Origin: Podospora anserina
Taxonomy: Eukaryota
Length of the DNA stretch: 64,000 nt
Reading direction: 5' to 3'
Assembly (NCBI GenBank): GCA_017654855.1
Contig: CM030334.1
Location: 3,348,001 to 3,412,000 of the forward strand
The translations under genes were made by a program, and so were the position numbers. Below are positions 48,274 through 62,459 of this stretch, piece after piece; positions within the stretch are counted from its first letter, which is position 1; every line of letters begins with the position of its first letter. The notes beneath the pieces are model-generated. The model worked only from the letters and a program-made list of their open reading frames with translations. It was not told the origin of the DNA and ran no database searches.

Positions 48274-50176
48274 TGTGTTGAGATTTGTTCCTCCTCGGCC
48301 TTGCGCCTCGTGTGTTTTCCCCTCGTTCGGTGCCCAACCCAGGCTTCTATTGTTCGGACGTGCGCGGGATTTGGAATCGGTTTCGTTCAAAGTTGATGGT
48401 TTTGGTTTGTGGGGTGGTTGGGGAGGAATGAAGCGGGCGCGCGGGGTTGGGCTGAGGATCGGTTTATCAAGGATGTCAAGAAAGTGTTGGGTATGTCATC
48501 GGGAAGCGGCGACAGATGCAAATGTCCGAGTTTCTGATGTCTTTTTGCCAAAAGATGGCCTTCTTCCCTCAAAGTCCCCTGGGCGGCAGGCCGAGTGCAG
48601 TGCGGGCGGAGGTGTTTGGCTGCAATCACGACCTTCTCCACCGAGGCTCCAGCCCCAAGGCGAGCTGCGCTATTCCTGATTCGCTAATCCCGGGAACGGC
48701 AAGGGTCGGCTGCCCAGCCCGGTGGGTTACATAATTGTGTTGCCTCTCAGCTTGTGGAACGTCCTCATTTGTTTTCTGTTGAGAGGGGGAAGGGGGATCA
48801 TGGAGATATCGACACCATATCAACATCTTCTTCTCTTTTACCTTATCTTTGTTGAATTAGGTTGGAGGTGTCGGGCTGTTGTCAGTCGGTGGTGGTTGTC
48901 CAAAGAAGCTTTCATTGACCCCAGGCTCCCGTGTGTGGCCCATGCTCGTGATGTGGCCCGTGCTTTCAGCTTTCCTGAGATGACCATGAGTGGTGACACA
49001 CCATTCAAGGACTTTTTGAGCCCAAGTTTTGGAGGTGCTTGAGTTCCGTATCGCTTCGAGCTCTCGATGGCTCAAGTTGTCCTTTAAAGAGAAATGTCCG
49101 AACCTTGGAGATCTCTCACATGACAGGGGTCCAAGATCGTGTGGTTCTGAGACAGCCGTTCTCAGCTCCACCTCTGGAATTACCACCATCACCTCGAGTT
49201 ATCTTTCCTTTTGTTTCTGGATTGAGCCCATATCCCCCCCTCGAAACTCTTTGCTCTTGCAAAATTATTTTTACTTTCAAGTTGGAATTTTTGCCTCTTC
49301 GTATCTAAGCCTGTTGGTCTACTGAGGTCTCCTACTCCACCTCGGCGTGGCCACCGAGACAGCGACACAGCCGACACAGCCTGACTGAGAGGAATTCATT
49401 GCGTGGTCTCAGCTCAGATCCCCCACGATTTGGCCGAGCCGTTGAATCACCGTTTGCTCTTTGGTTTTGTCATTTTGGAAGCTAAACAGATCATCTTCCA
49501 ACCTCCAGAGGGTGCCCGCCCAGCCATCGCGTCTGTAGAGTCCCCCGTATTTTCGGAATCGAGGTCGTTCGGTCACACAAACTAGGGGTTCATCAGCAAG
49601 TTGCCGGCCTCCACCACTGCGAAAATGGTTTCAATACCTGCAGCCTCAATCACTGAAGCCGTAATGAACACAGCATGCATCGGCCAGCCCAGCCGTCCCT
49701 GCCACGCCATCTGGCCCAGCCTGTCCAATGAGCCCGCTACGTCGTGTTGCTAGTTCCGGGGAGGCGTCTGGATCGCCCACCGACATCCGCCCTCCACGCG
49801 TCTGTCTGTGTTTTGGGCCTCCTTTTCTCGTAACTTGCGCGGGAATCCGCACATGCGAGTCGGCCATCTCAATATTCACAGCTTGCGCGATGGCAGGGGT
49901 CATTCTCGTCTTGTCTCTGGCCTGGCCCAAGAGCCGGCCATCCCATCTCCCAGCCGACTGGCCAGTGTCCGTCAGCTTGGCTTAAAGACAAAGCAAGTCG
50001 CCCGTCTTGAGCTCCTGTCACTCATCACTCTACCTTTACGATTCATCTGAACATTACGCTACCAAGATATACCGAGATCACCACGACTTGACACTTGCTA
50101 TAGGACACATAACAACTATCTATCACACATACAGTCATCTCACATACCGCACCTTCACACACTCCAACAACTCAAA

Positions 50177-50611
50177 ATGCAGATCAAGTTCATCATTCTC
50201 TCTGCTCTTCTGAGCCTGGCCGCCGCCAAAGATGACCACAGCTCTCATGACACCGAGTCTGTATACACATACACTACAGCTGTCCCATCTACACATGAGT
50301 ACGCTCACTCCAGCACACTCGCCACCTCTACCCATATCAACGCCAACACCACCATCCTGCCACCCAAGACCAACTACGCCAATACCACCACAACCGCCAC
50401 TGGCTTCACCAACTCTACCATCTCTGTCAAACCAACTTCCACCCTCACAACGACAACAAGCGACCTCGCCACCACCACTGAGACCCTCGTTGAGTCCACT
50501 ACCACCCGGGCTGCTAGCCCCTCATCAACCAACGCTGCTGCTGGCGGGCGCTCCTCTCAGTTCGGGCTGGTTGTTCTGGGTGCCGCCCTCGCCGCTGGCT
50601 TCGGTCTATAA
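50177..50611 (+). CDS. Small secreted Ser/Thr-rich, probably GPI-anchored cell-wall protein
   Basis: Signal peptide MQIKFIILSALLSLAAA, a Thr-rich body with N-x-T/S sites, and a 'TNAAAG...FGLVVLGAALAAGFGL' GPI-like tail. Confidence 0.88.
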   Translation: MQIKFIILSALLSLAAAKDDHSSHDTESVYTYTTAVPSTHEYAHSSTLATSTHINANTTILPPKTNYANTTTTATGFTNSTISVKPTSTLTTTTSDLATTTETLVESTTTRAASPSSTNAAAGGRSSQFGLVVLGAALAAGFGL

Positions 50612-51484
50612 ACAGCTCATTTAACCACTTGGTTTCAAAAAGCGGCATGGCTAACATGATTACGGGTCAATGGATATGGGAGGAAAGAAGGATGATAATG
50701 GGATGATGAGTTTAATGTCTTCTTTTGTTTCATGATAACATGGAGCAGCATAGCGTTTAATGATAACTTTTTTTGACTACACCCAAATTGACATTTGCTT
50801 GTGCAGGATGAGTGAAGACTCTTGGGCTGACAGCTGCGCCAATGGATGCCGGTGGCTTGAGAGGATGGCTGAATTTTTCGAGTCAAGATTGAATGGGCGT
50901 GCCTGGCCATGCTGAGGGACTAGCATCGCCGTGGAGATAAGGCTGTCAAAAAATAGCCTTTGGCATTGATTTTAGAGAACAAACTCAATGCATCTCACTA
51001 ATCTTGCTCCAGCTTCAAGCACAATAAAAGCGAGTACCGTCCGCGCCGCCATCAACTCATTGTCACTCGTCTACCGTGACCATACCCGATGCAAACGAAC
51101 ACTAAGCTGGTATCTCTCTCCGCTACTTTCTTCCTCCCCTTTCCCTTCTCCATCAGCCTCCTTAATCCCATTGCCATATCCGCCGACTTCACCAACACTT
51201 CACCAGGCGCACTCACCCCTCTACTTCCATTTGAATACTCCCCAGTTGGCCCTCCTCCTTCGCTGAAGGCTCATCCCATCTCTTGACATCGTGTTTCGAA
51301 AAAGGTGAAAAGGTCGAGGGGGCGACAGATAGATTTGATATGGAGCAGTTGGGATGGTGACAATCGTTGGAAGGGATCCTACGATCGATGTGAAAGAAAA
51401 AAAAACGAAACATAGCAGCGCATTAGATAACTAGGCGCAAAAAAGAAATCATAAGTTGATGCAGTATAAAATTGCAAAAGAATT

Positions 51485-51556
51485 AGGTCTTGCCCGGACT
51501 CGAACCGGGGTTGCCGGAATCAGAATCCGGAGTGATAACCGCTACACTACAAAACC
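51485..51556 (-). tRNA. tRNA-Gln, anticodon CTG, no intron
   Basis: Reverse complement is GGTTTTGTAGTGTAGCGGTTATCACTCCGGATTCTGATTCCGGCAACCCCGGTTCGAGTCCGGGCAAGACCT. The anticodon stem is CCGGA/TCCGG, the T-loop is GGTTCGAGTCC, and T-runs follow downstream. Confidence 0.96.
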
Positions 51557-51715
51557 TGTTCAGGCTTTTTTGCTTGACACCGTCCCCCCAAATTAGCCTC
51601 TATGAATGACTCAGCGGGGCTTGGCATTCCAACACCCCCTTTCTCATCATGGCGCTGTCCAAAACGTCTCTCGAACTAATCATTATCTAGGTAATTTTGG
51701 GACCGCTTCCTCTAC

Positions 51716-53519
51716 TTACTCTTGCTTGTCGGAATTAGCCACCCTCCACGCGACTCCAAACCTCTGCACGATCCAAGCGAGCGGGAAACACAGAAACACA
51801 ATGCCAGCGTAGATGCCAAAACATGCCGCCGGCCCGACATGTTCAACCATCGGCTGCAAGACAGCCACAGCACCGCCCGCACTGAGACATCTGACCAGAT
51901 TACTGGCTGCCTGGGCGGTGGCAGATCTGTTCATGTTGAGATCTGTCAGGAGGGTCCCACACAGCTGTACAACATTACGATCAGTACCAGGTAGGAGGGA
52001 AAACTTTGGGGAACATACCACAAAGGTTGCGGCGGTTGAGGTGCCGGTTAAGAGTTGCATAAGAAGCGTCACGGCAAGGTGCTATAAGGAAATTGTCAGT
52101 TCTCAGAAGAATGCAGACAACAAACGAACAGACACTTACTGCCCTGAACTTCAACGCTAGACCATATCCTATGATCCCCAAAACAGTGATGGCATGAAGT
52201 GTGTAGACGCCCTTTAATCTGGTCTTTTCGAGAGGAAAGCCGGGAGAGTTCTTGTCGAAATCATCTCCACCTCTTTTGACCGTCCTCTTGTAATTCCAGT
52301 CAACAAATCTTCCTGTTACCACGTTAGCCCGCGCCGCTCCCTTGACCAAGTAAAGAAGCAACTCACCAGCAAAAAAGCTCCCAAACCCTCCACCAACCCC
52401 ACTAGGTAAATACACCAGTCCAGCCTGCAGATAACTCAAACCATAAATTTCCGTGGCCTGAGCATCCAAACTCGTCTGCAGCGCCGCCTTGACAGCATAG
52501 TTGATCGCCGTAATCAAAATCACCACCAACGACCCCCTATCCGCCAGCACCGGCAAACAAGCCAGCGGATTCGGAAACTTAAACTTCCTCTCCTCTCCCC
52601 CCTCCCTCTCCATCTTCTCCCCAACAACCACCGCTTCCGGGCCTTTCTTCCCCTTCCTCTCCTTGAAGTAAAACACACTCCAAAAGCTCTGATAAACCCA
52701 CCCTTCCACCCTCCTCGATCCATCACCCACCACCCCCCTCTGCGTCTCCGGCAAGAATATCAAAATCACAAGGAACCACGATCCAGTTAGGATAACCAAA
52801 AACCAGAAAATCCACCTCCACCCCAACCCCTGGGTCAACCCACCCCCAACCACCGGCCCGAGACTGGTAGCAACATCGGTCATCAACAGCAAAACCCCCA
52901 CCAACCCCCCCCTCTCCTCGGCGACCGCAACATCAGCAATAACCCCGTACCCGCCCCCGTAAAGCCCACTCCCTCCCGCACTCTGCACCATCCTCAAAAC
53001 CAACAACCCCTCCCACCTTTCCACAACCGAGATCCCAACGTTGGCTGATATCATGAGACTGAACATGAGCATATACACCGGCCTTCGTCCACTCTGATCA
53101 GCCATGTCGCCCATGAATGCCGGCGCTATGCCGGCGATGATGAGATAGGAGGTAATTGTCAGTTGGATCAACCCCAGCGAAACCCCAAACGATTCCGACA
53201 AAGGGACAAGAGCGGGGTAGTAAATGAACGAGGAGAGCGTGGAGAACATGGCAGCGAAAGAGACGAGGAGGGTAACCACGAGTTTTTGACGGGGAGAAAA
53301 GATGGAATACGGGGGTGGGGGTTCAAGATTGGGGTTGAAGTCATTTTGCATGGGTGGTTTGGGATCAAACGGGGGAAAGTCGGGCTTGGAGGGGAGGATC
53401 GCGATGGTGGTGGTGAGTTCTGGGGCGGAGGGGTTTGCGCTGCTGGTGCCGGGACGGCTGGAGGCGGGGGTGGAGGAGGTGAGAGGTGGTTTGAGGACTG
53501 AGGTGCCTAGCGATGCCAT
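51716..53519 (-). CDS. MFS drug:H+ antiporter (DHA1/Qdr-like), 4 exons
   Basis: Motifs 'PYSIFSPRQK', motif A 'GDMADQSGRRPVY', 'GLGWRWIFWFL' and 'FPLEKTRL'. Introns 52313-52366, 52082-52139 and 51965-52018. Confidence 0.9.
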
Positions 53520-54113
53520 CTTCCTGTGTTGTTGAACGTCAACAATGTTGAAACCAGAGGTGTCAACCACCCAGGTGCAACAACAAACCAAGATATGCAC
53601 TTCTGCTGCCCAAGAAAGAAACAGGCCTGCTTTTGTTGGCACCTCCTCCTATTATTACCAGACAAAAAGTGCAGTTGGTCCGGTGTGCGGCCTCAAGCGG
53701 TGGCCGTCATCCGGGGCGGCGCAGTTGTTCCGGGTGACTTGCGAATCACAACACCCAACGCTGCGCCGGGGAGCCGGGGACTTGCATACGCAAAAGGGTT
53801 CCGGTATGCATGAGGTGCAGTAATGTCACGGATACGGTCCCTGCTGCCGATACCCGGCCCGAGGGCTCAGTTGGTGGCATGTTCCTTGTGATCAAACTTG
53901 TTCTGATGCGGGGATTTGAGGAGAGATGGCATTTCTGGGCAACGGAACATTACGTTCATTATGTATTGTTGAACCTGAAGTAGATGTTCAAAATACTCCA
54001 CCCTAGACAAAATGTGGAGTTGCCTTGATCAAAGATATGCACCCTTACTCCTAGTCAGCACCATTAGCTTCCACACGACCTCTCTCTACTGCCCATTGAC
54101 ACGCTACATCAGC

Positions 54114-55313
54114 TCAGAGACGAGATTGGTAAGTAGAAGTCTGAGGACCACTCTTAGCAGCTTCCTCGGCCTCGACTTTGTCTACCAGCAGCTTCATATT
54201 GCTCACAACGCTGAGAAATCGTTAGCACATCATTGATAGACTGCGATGGATTTCTTTACTCACATCTCGCGGAGCTTGTGATCGTGCGGATACAAGGTTG
54301 ACAGCAAAATCTGGTTCCTCAGCATGTAGAGGGTATTCCTGCTGTCAACATCCTCCTCGGGTTCCGAAATAGGTACGTGCTTCCAGTACTCCTTCAGATA
54401 CGGTTTGCCGAGTGGGTACCGTGGGTTGCGAAAAACACCCAAATCAACTTCGTTATGCCCCCACATGGCACAGGCATCGTAGACACAGACCGTCTCGCCA
54501 TCAGTCTGATACTTGACGTTGCCAGGCCAGAGGTCAGCGTGAATAAGACAAGGCGTTACTGAACGTCCATCGCTCTCCAAGGGTCGCAGAAACCGAGGAA
54601 GAACCTTTTCGAAGAACAAAGGCCGTAGTCTCTCTAGCTCAGCATGGTGCTCCCCATCATGGGCGGCATCTTCACGCTGGAGAAAGTCTTTCATTTGTCG
54701 TGTCCAGTACTCCTCCCAAGTGCCCGTCCAGCTGTTGTCCTGCTCCAGGTTGCCAAATCTGGTGTTGACAGGAAACCCAAACTTGCCGTTGGGGGACTTG
54801 CCCATGCTGCGGGAGTGCAAAGCCGCAATGGCTGTCATGTAGGACTCGGGACGGGGAATATCGTCTTCGATCATCTCGATGAATTCAGCCAGGAAGAAGT
54901 GCCTGTCTGGACGAAATTTGTAGGAGCCCTTCTTGACCGGGCGGGGCACGTGCTCTGGGATAAACTCGTAGGTGGTGTTTTCGGAGGTCCAGGCGGATTC
55001 CATCAGTTCTAGGCCCTCTTTGCCAGAAGCTTCCTGTACGATTGTCAGTCATTGATACACAGTACTTGTTTCTGGGTTAGCAACCTTCTCAAAAAACACC
55101 TGACTGCTTCCATCCGGCATGGAGACCTCGATCCGAAAGGTGTTGCAATAGTCACTCATCCCAGACGGGGTCACAGAGACCACCTTGCCACCCTCAGGGA
55201 GGGCTGGTGATGTTAGTACTCATAGTGAGTGGTGTAATTTGAATAAGGGGCAACATACCGGCAAGAAGGTTCTCATCCAGCTTCTCCTCCACGTTTCTCA
55301 CATCAGTAGCCAT
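54114..55313 (-). CDS. Fructosamine/ketosamine-3-kinase family protein, 4 exons
   Basis: Motifs 'SPNGKFGFPVNT', 'PCLIHADLWPGN' and 'YDACAMWGHNEVDLG'. Introns 55204-55258, 55034-55084 and 54211-54263 restore the N- and C-termini. Confidence 0.9.
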
Positions 55314-56673
55314 TGCGTTCAAAATTCAACTTGTGATGATCCGATCTACAACCAAGGGATATCAACAGTAAACAAGAGACAGAATGAAAGCAGACAAACC
55401 GTGGTCTAGACTGTGAGGGGTCATCTGTCTTTTAGTCATAGCTCGCTCGGAAACTGGACACACGCCTCATTCCCGGTGAGGGGGAAGAGCACCAACCCAT
55501 GTTGATGCTTGACCGAACAAGGCGACCATTTGGGAGCCGTGGATGCTATCATGGCCCACAATAATTGCTCAAGATGTGCTCGGATGAGGTTAGCAAGGGT
55601 TTGCGGGTTGGGCCGTCGGGGGATGTGGTGCAGGTATGTTTGGATGACGGCCAATTGCTGGTCGTTGTTTCGGCCCCCCAACTTGGTCCAATGGTCACCT
55701 GCCGGCGTTTCACATGTTGGCTAAGCAGATCACCAACATTGAATACTGTGCGAGAAAAACAAAGATAGGCGCAAGAGTTGGCGAAGAATTCGGTATTTGT
55801 AAAGAAGTTATTTCGAGAATTTGGTAGACAAGAAAGCAATGGTGACGGGACTGCGGGGCACCTGCCAATGGTCAATCTTTTGGGGCGAGTTTGCGCCTTC
55901 CTTTTCTTTCGAGTAGATTGATGGCTAACTCCGCTTCTTGTCTGCCATTTTGTGCGCGATGTTTCCTCGAAAATAAAAATAAAAAATCAGCCATGATCTG
56001 GAAATCTCTTGTCGATGCGTCTTCCGGGTTATCCTCCTGGAGGTCCCCCACACTGTTCTACCTGCAGGCCAAGTTTACAGGCCAAACCCCAAAGGATCAC
56101 TGCCACCAGCAAGCGGCGCAGGCCCTTCAATACCCGATGGGCACAACTGCACGCCAAACCCAGTCTGAGACCCAAAGACCGTTTCAAACAGTCCATCGTG
56201 AAGCACATATCCAGCAATGCCCCTTGCCTTGTCCCCCTCATTCTTGCTTTTACTCGCTGATAGATGGACTCGCTAGCCCAATTGACCAGAAAGGGACCAC
56301 CTCAGACTGTGCTCACCGAGTGGCCTCGAACGCGGGAAACACCAAGCTCGCCTTCTCTCGGCCGTCTATACCAATGAAGCTGCTGACAATGGATCGGTTG
56401 CCTCGGGGCTTTGGCTGTCCCGATGGGTGTTGTGGAGGCTGGGTCTAGACTCTTGACGTGATGGTTCCCACCTGTCGTCCTTTTTTCTCCTCTATCAAAA
56501 CTTTGTTTCAATGCCAATTCTGGTCTTGCACATGATATTCGTGATACTGTGGTGATCTCAGTGAAAGCGGCTGATCACTCATGACATACACCACTCAATA
56601 CTACCTTGCTCATTAATATCACAGGTTACCCTTCTGCAGCTCAACAGACAACAGGAAAGACAAAACTACAACA

Positions 56674-59600
56674 ATGTTCGCGTCTCATGTAAGTGACTGG
56701 TGTTCTCATGGGTACACAGCGTTGACTGACATTTACCAGGCTCAAACCTGGCAAGCATCCTCAACATGGAGTACCGAAGACAGAGATCGCCTGGGTGTGC
56801 CCAATCTCCCCGGACCGGGAGACAAGGACCGATTACCGTCGCCAAGTAGATTTCGGGGCAGATTGCAAAGCTTGAGAAGAGCATCATCTCCAGGAGCGCG
56901 GTCCAACACACCGTCTCCAGAGAATTCGAAAGGGGCGCTGGGGCTGACATTACTGCATGACCCATCGGAGCCGCGGGTTGATTTCGTATTTGTGAGCAGC
57001 TCCTAACTCTTATCTACAGCCCTTACTAATATATACTACAGGTCCACGGACTGAACGGTGGCTCAAAGAGATCATGGAGCGCCTCATCAGACCCGACAAC
57101 ATTCTGGCCCAAAGAGTGGTTGCCATCAGAGGCGGGCTTCAAGCACGTTCGCATCCACAGTTTCGGATATGACTCGGACTGGTCAAAATCACAGCAAAGC
57201 TCCCTGACCATCCACGATTTCGGACAAGCTTTATTGGCAGATTTGTACAACGCGCCACATCTTAAGAAGAATGGAAATGTAAGTCGCTTCTACCTAGACT
57301 TTTGACATCGAAACCTGGAGCTGACATAGACACAGACGCCTATCGTCCTGGTTGCTCATAGTATGGGTGGTCTTGTTGTTAAGAAGGCATATCTCCTAGC
57401 TAGAAGAGACCCGATTTACGCCGACATTGCCGGCAGGATTCACAGTCTTTACTTCTTGGGAACTCCCCACAGAGGCGCTGATTCCAGTTCCTTTGTCTCA
57501 ACATTTATTGCAATGTCGCTCGGCTCTGGATCCAAGGCCTTTGTCAAAGAGCTCATCCCAGGATCAGGGACATTACAGGTGAGCTTGAAGTCCGCTAGTA
57601 TTCTCGGCATGCCGATGCTGACAACCCAGGCTATCAATGACGAATTTAGACATGTGTGTAGCGATGTTGGACTGTGGTCATTCTTCGAAGGTATTCCTAC
57701 CGCTGCAGGGCCAACCAATGTTGTGGTGGTAGAAAAAGAGTCTGCTGTGATGGGTATGTTGCTCTGCTGCCAAACAAATGACATGGGAGCTAACACCTGT
57801 TAGGGCTACCCGGGGAGCACACTCAGTATCTACAAGCCGACCATCGTCGTCTGGTCAAGTTTGACTCGACCGAGGACCCGAATTACAACATCCTCCTTCG
57901 TTGCTTCAACACAACAATCGAAGAGATTGAAAAGGAGTGTAAGTACATACTCTTGTAGTTGAATTATGATAGCAGCTGACAAAAGCAGATATCTCCGACA
58001 AGTTTGACAACCACAGGGCTCAGATCAAACAAATAGCCAGCACATTTGATATTGCAGAACGTCCAGATGGCGACTTTATGCGGGTCTACGACAGACTGCA
58101 CCAAGGATCCTGCGAATGGCTAACCTCCCACCCATCATTCCTTGAATGGCTGGAGTGCGACCTGATGGACGCCAATCCTACCGTCAAAGCCATCACAGCC
58201 GGTCCCACCAAAGTCACTCCTCGATTCTTGTGGCTCAATGGCCCACCGGGATCTGGAAAGTCTGTGGCTTCTACACATGTTATCAAATACCTCGAATCCT
58301 TCAACCTCGACTGTGCCTACTTCTTCTTCAAGAACAACGAAAAGCCCAGTCTGACCCAGCTCCTCCTATCACTGGCTCTTCAGATGGCTGAGTCCAACTT
58401 CCAGGTCCGACACACATTCCTGTCCATGATAGAGGAGGGAGAAGTGGTTGATTGTCACAGCGATCATGTTATGGTGTGGAACAACATTTTCCTTGGGCGG
58501 ATCTTCAAAATGGCATTTTCTCAACCACAGTACTGGGTGATTGATGCTTTGGACGAGTGTCAATCACGACTGCTGGCGACCTTGGTCGCGATGCTCTCGA
58601 GAATCGAGCCGACAGTCCCACTGAGAATCCTCATTACCAGCCGGCCCAACGGTCATGTGGAAAGGTTGCTGAATCAGGAGCGAGTGCTGAGAAGCGAGAT
58701 ACACACTGGCCAAGCAGCGTCATTGAGAGATATCGAGGCCTTCGTAAGGGCGAGGCTTTCGCCCACCATCATCGAAGACTTCCATGAACAAGACCAAGAT
58801 GAGAGCGACCTGGTAGCGGAGATCATCGAAAAGTCAAATGGGATATTTCTATGGGCTTCCCTTATTATGACGCGTCTAGATGACGCTCACAGCATCGAAG
58901 CGATGAGAAATACCCTGGACCAAGTCCCAAAGGAGATGAGTGGAATGTACAACGACATTCTGAAGAACATTATTGAGTCTCCAAATGCGGAGCTGGCACA
59001 GTGCATTCTCACCTGGGTGGTTTGTGCTCGCAAGCCCCTGACAACCGATGAACTGAGAGAAGCAGTCAGGCTGGATATTAACCAGACGCTTAGGACGTCG
59101 GACAGATTTGCCCAGATATGTGGCAACATGATTACTGTCGACAACAACTACGTCCAAGTCATGCATCAGACAGTCAAGGAGTTTCTTACTGGCGAGCAAT
59201 CGGACTACTACATACCTCGTGCCGGGTCTCACGCTCGTATAGCAGAACTTTGCCTTACCCACCTCAACGGGCGCAATTTCAACCCCCCTCGGCCTCGCCG
59301 TGTGCCTTCGTTCAAAAACAACAGCGCTGGCGCCAACGACACGGCCTTCGACGAGTATGCATGTGCCAACTTCAGTTACCACCTCGCACATTGCTCGCCT
59401 TCGGAGGAGACACTGGAGTTGCTGCCACTTCTCGGATCCTTTTTCTCGTCCAACATCTTGACGTGGATTGAGCGCATTGCGAAAACGGGCCGTTTGGCAC
59501 TCATCATGCGAACGATACAGAACCTGAAGGCGTACCTCAAGAAGCAGGTAGCCACTTGCTCGCCCATCGACTCTGATTACCAACTTGTTTCACGCTTTGT

Positions 59601-62031
59601 CGAAGATCTACTGAGGCTGTCAGCCATCTACGGCCCGAATCTCGTCAACACTCCTTCATGCATCTATTCTCTCGTCCCATTGCTTTGTCCAACTTCCAGC
59701 ATCATTCACTGGAAATTTGCTAGAACGCAGTTCAGGCAGAAGGTCATATGCAATTTCAATACCGATTGGGACGAGCGGCTGAGCTCTCTTTCATTTGCCA
59801 CTAGAGTCATGTCCATTGCTTGCGGTGATCAATTCTTTGCCGTCGGCCTTGGAGACGGAGTGGTCAAGGTGTATCGTCAAAGTACTTTCGAGCTTCTCAA
59901 CACTTTCAGACATGGTGAGCCTGTCCGCAAACTGGCAAACGGCCACTTGACGGGTATCCTGGTTACTGCTGGCCTCAAGACGGTGAAGGTTTGGGGTCCG
60001 AGACAGACTCTGCTCTGGAGTGTCAACGTGCCCGAGCAACCACTCAGTATTGAGTTCAGCCCAGACGACTCCAAGATTTATGTGCCACTGAGAAGTGGAG
60101 AGGTCTATGTATACAGGTCCAAGGGCGGCGCTCGTCTAGACTGCCTGGCACTAACCGACGAAGACGGCTCTAGCTCTTCCTCCTCGGATTCGGAGTCTGA
60201 TGGCGAAGGTGGAGAAAGGTACAAACCTAACAACCAGAAGAAGACTAATCCCATGTTGGTCAAGATATGCCCATCGCTGGGAATTGCTGCTGTCGCCTAC
60301 CGCAGCTCACACCTTCAAGTGTCTTATTACGATAACGAAGACGGGATGGAAGCATTTGAGAAGGAGGGGTATGAAGATGGTCAAGGCCTACCGTCCCAGG
60401 TGTTGGATGTTGCATTCAATCCGAACGTTGAGCAGAGCTTGATGGCAGTTGCATACCAGGACGGAGATCTAGTCACCTTTGATCCATGGACGCTTCAGCA
60501 AAAAAGCACGCACCATCTCAATGCCCACACACTGGCGGCTTCTCCCGACGGGCAAACCTTGGCTGCTGGAGATAGCGAGTGTGTTATCACTCTCTTCGCA
60601 TTCGACGGGTTGAGGCAGTTGTGTCGAATCGAATCGATGGACGAAAGAATCATGGGTATTGTCTTCGCTTCCAACAGCCTTAGGTTCTTTGACTTGAGGG
60701 GGAATACCTGCAACGTTTGGGAGCCGTCAGTTCTCATCAAGAAGAACCTAACGGATGACGGCTCGAGTGATGTCACCGACGACTACTTCACCTCGACCTC
60801 TTCCAACTTAGTCTGCACGCGAACGTTTGAGGGGAGCAACGAGATAACTGTGATGGCTCAGGCTGGAGACTCAAATTTTGTCTTTTGTGGCCGTGAAGAG
60901 GGCGCCATTACACTGCACGATATTACCACTGGAAAGGTATGCGCGGAGTTTCAATTCCACGCACGCATGGTTGAAATCCGGCATCTCGAGTGGCATGCGC
61001 AGTCGAAAGTTTTGTTCAGTGTTGATGCTTCGCGAAGATGCATTGCAACAAGGATTACTCTTCCGAGGTTATCATCTTCTTCAAAGTCAACAAGTCCAGT
61101 GGAGAAGCTCAAACAAGAACTTGGGCAGCAAAGCTCGCAGTTCGAGCATATCCTTGACTTTCGAGCGTCGGATCATGTCTTGCAGGCTCTCATCAGTCCC
61201 GATGGGACGTCATTCCTGGTATCGACCCAGTCAGGAGAGGAGATGCACACCATTTCCACCGTTGAAGGCGAGCCAAAACAAGAGCCCACCGTTATTCAAA
61301 CAACAAACTCCATGGGCCCTGCCCGATGGCTCGCCCATCCCACCGACTCTGACCGACTGCTGCTGTTTGACCACGACATGCTCCACGTATTCCTCTGGAA
61401 GACGCTTGAACGGCAGAGTCCGCCAATTGGCATAATTATCCACCCCCCCCCCGAACTATCTCACAGCCATGACTTTATCCTCTCCGACGATTGGCTCTCA
61501 CGACCAGGTCTTTCCACAATCTACCAAACAATTGACATGCCAACCACCTCTTCGAAACTCTCCTCGGTCCCAGAGACAGGCTTTCTGACCCTTGACCTCT
61601 CCAAGATATCTCCCGTCAGCCCAGCCCCCAGTGTCGAGGTGTCGCTCGTCACCCGCAAACTCCTCTCCCCGATCAAATCAATACTCGGCTTGCATAAATC
61701 CACTCTGTACTTCATCTCAGGTCGCGGCTGGGTCTGCTCGATCTCTCTCAAGAACTTGCCATCTTCCAAATCATACACAAGACACTTCTTCATCCCGTCT
61801 GTCTGGCAAACGGCAGATGGGCAGGGCCCAATGGCAAAGGTTGTGAGCAAAGGGTCGTCGGTTGCGATGGTGTACAGGGATGAGGTTGTGGTGCTGAGTG
61901 GGTTTTTGGAATTTGAGCACAAGACTGTTTTCGGGGTTTGTGATGATATCACTGAGTTGGGAGGTAGTGACGAGGAAGGAGAGGCAGCAGGAAGGGACGG
62001 TGTGCCGGTTATTACTAGGACTATGAGCTGA
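56674..62031 (+). CDS. Fungal NLR-like STAND protein: N-terminal SesB-like alpha/beta hydrolase - NACHT - WD40-like propeller, 7 exons
   Basis: The spliced N-terminus gives 'VDFVF|VHGLNGG', 'IVLVAHSMGGLVVKKA', 'FLGTPHRGA' and 'ADHRRLVKF'. Walker A is 'WLNGPPGSGKS' and Walker B is 'WVIDALDEC', followed by a WD-like C-terminus. Introns 56689-56739, 56992-57041, 57279-57335, 57579-57629, 57754-57803 and 57939-57988. Confidence 0.92.
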
Positions 62032-62459
62032 TAATTTGTGCATGGGAAGATGGGATAGAATGTGCAGGGATGGAATAATGCAGGAATGGTATGGGTGAGG
62101 GGATAAGTGCAGGGTTGTCGTGGGTGAAACATGACTCGGGTATATGTGGGGCTTATTTTCTTTGTAATGGGGTAATTAACTTTGCTGACTTGGATTATCA
62201 AAGTCAGGGCTTTTCAAATAAGACTGTAGATAAGATTTCAGGTGAGAAGGCAGATGATAATAGCAGCAAGATATACGTAAGATTTTAGGCCCTTGGGTGG
62301 ATACGAAACTGACCCTGACCATAAATGTCTCAAGAATAAGCTGCGGGGTTAGGCATCTACCAAAGTGTTTCTTCGGGTACCTCTTTCCTGCCCATTTTAC
62401 TTTAAAAGCTAGGATCTTCCATGATGGAAGTCTCCACCATTGCACTACCCTAGACAGCC

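Noticed and set aside
56674-56990. Amyloid signalling motif at the NLR N-terminus
   Set aside because: No G/N/Q-rich pseudo-repeat resembling HET-s, PP or sigma motifs is visible.
59780-61400. HNWD-type high-identity WD40 repeats (het-d/e/r-like)
   Set aside because: The WD-like units are highly diverged, with no near-identical 126-bp tandem repeats visible.
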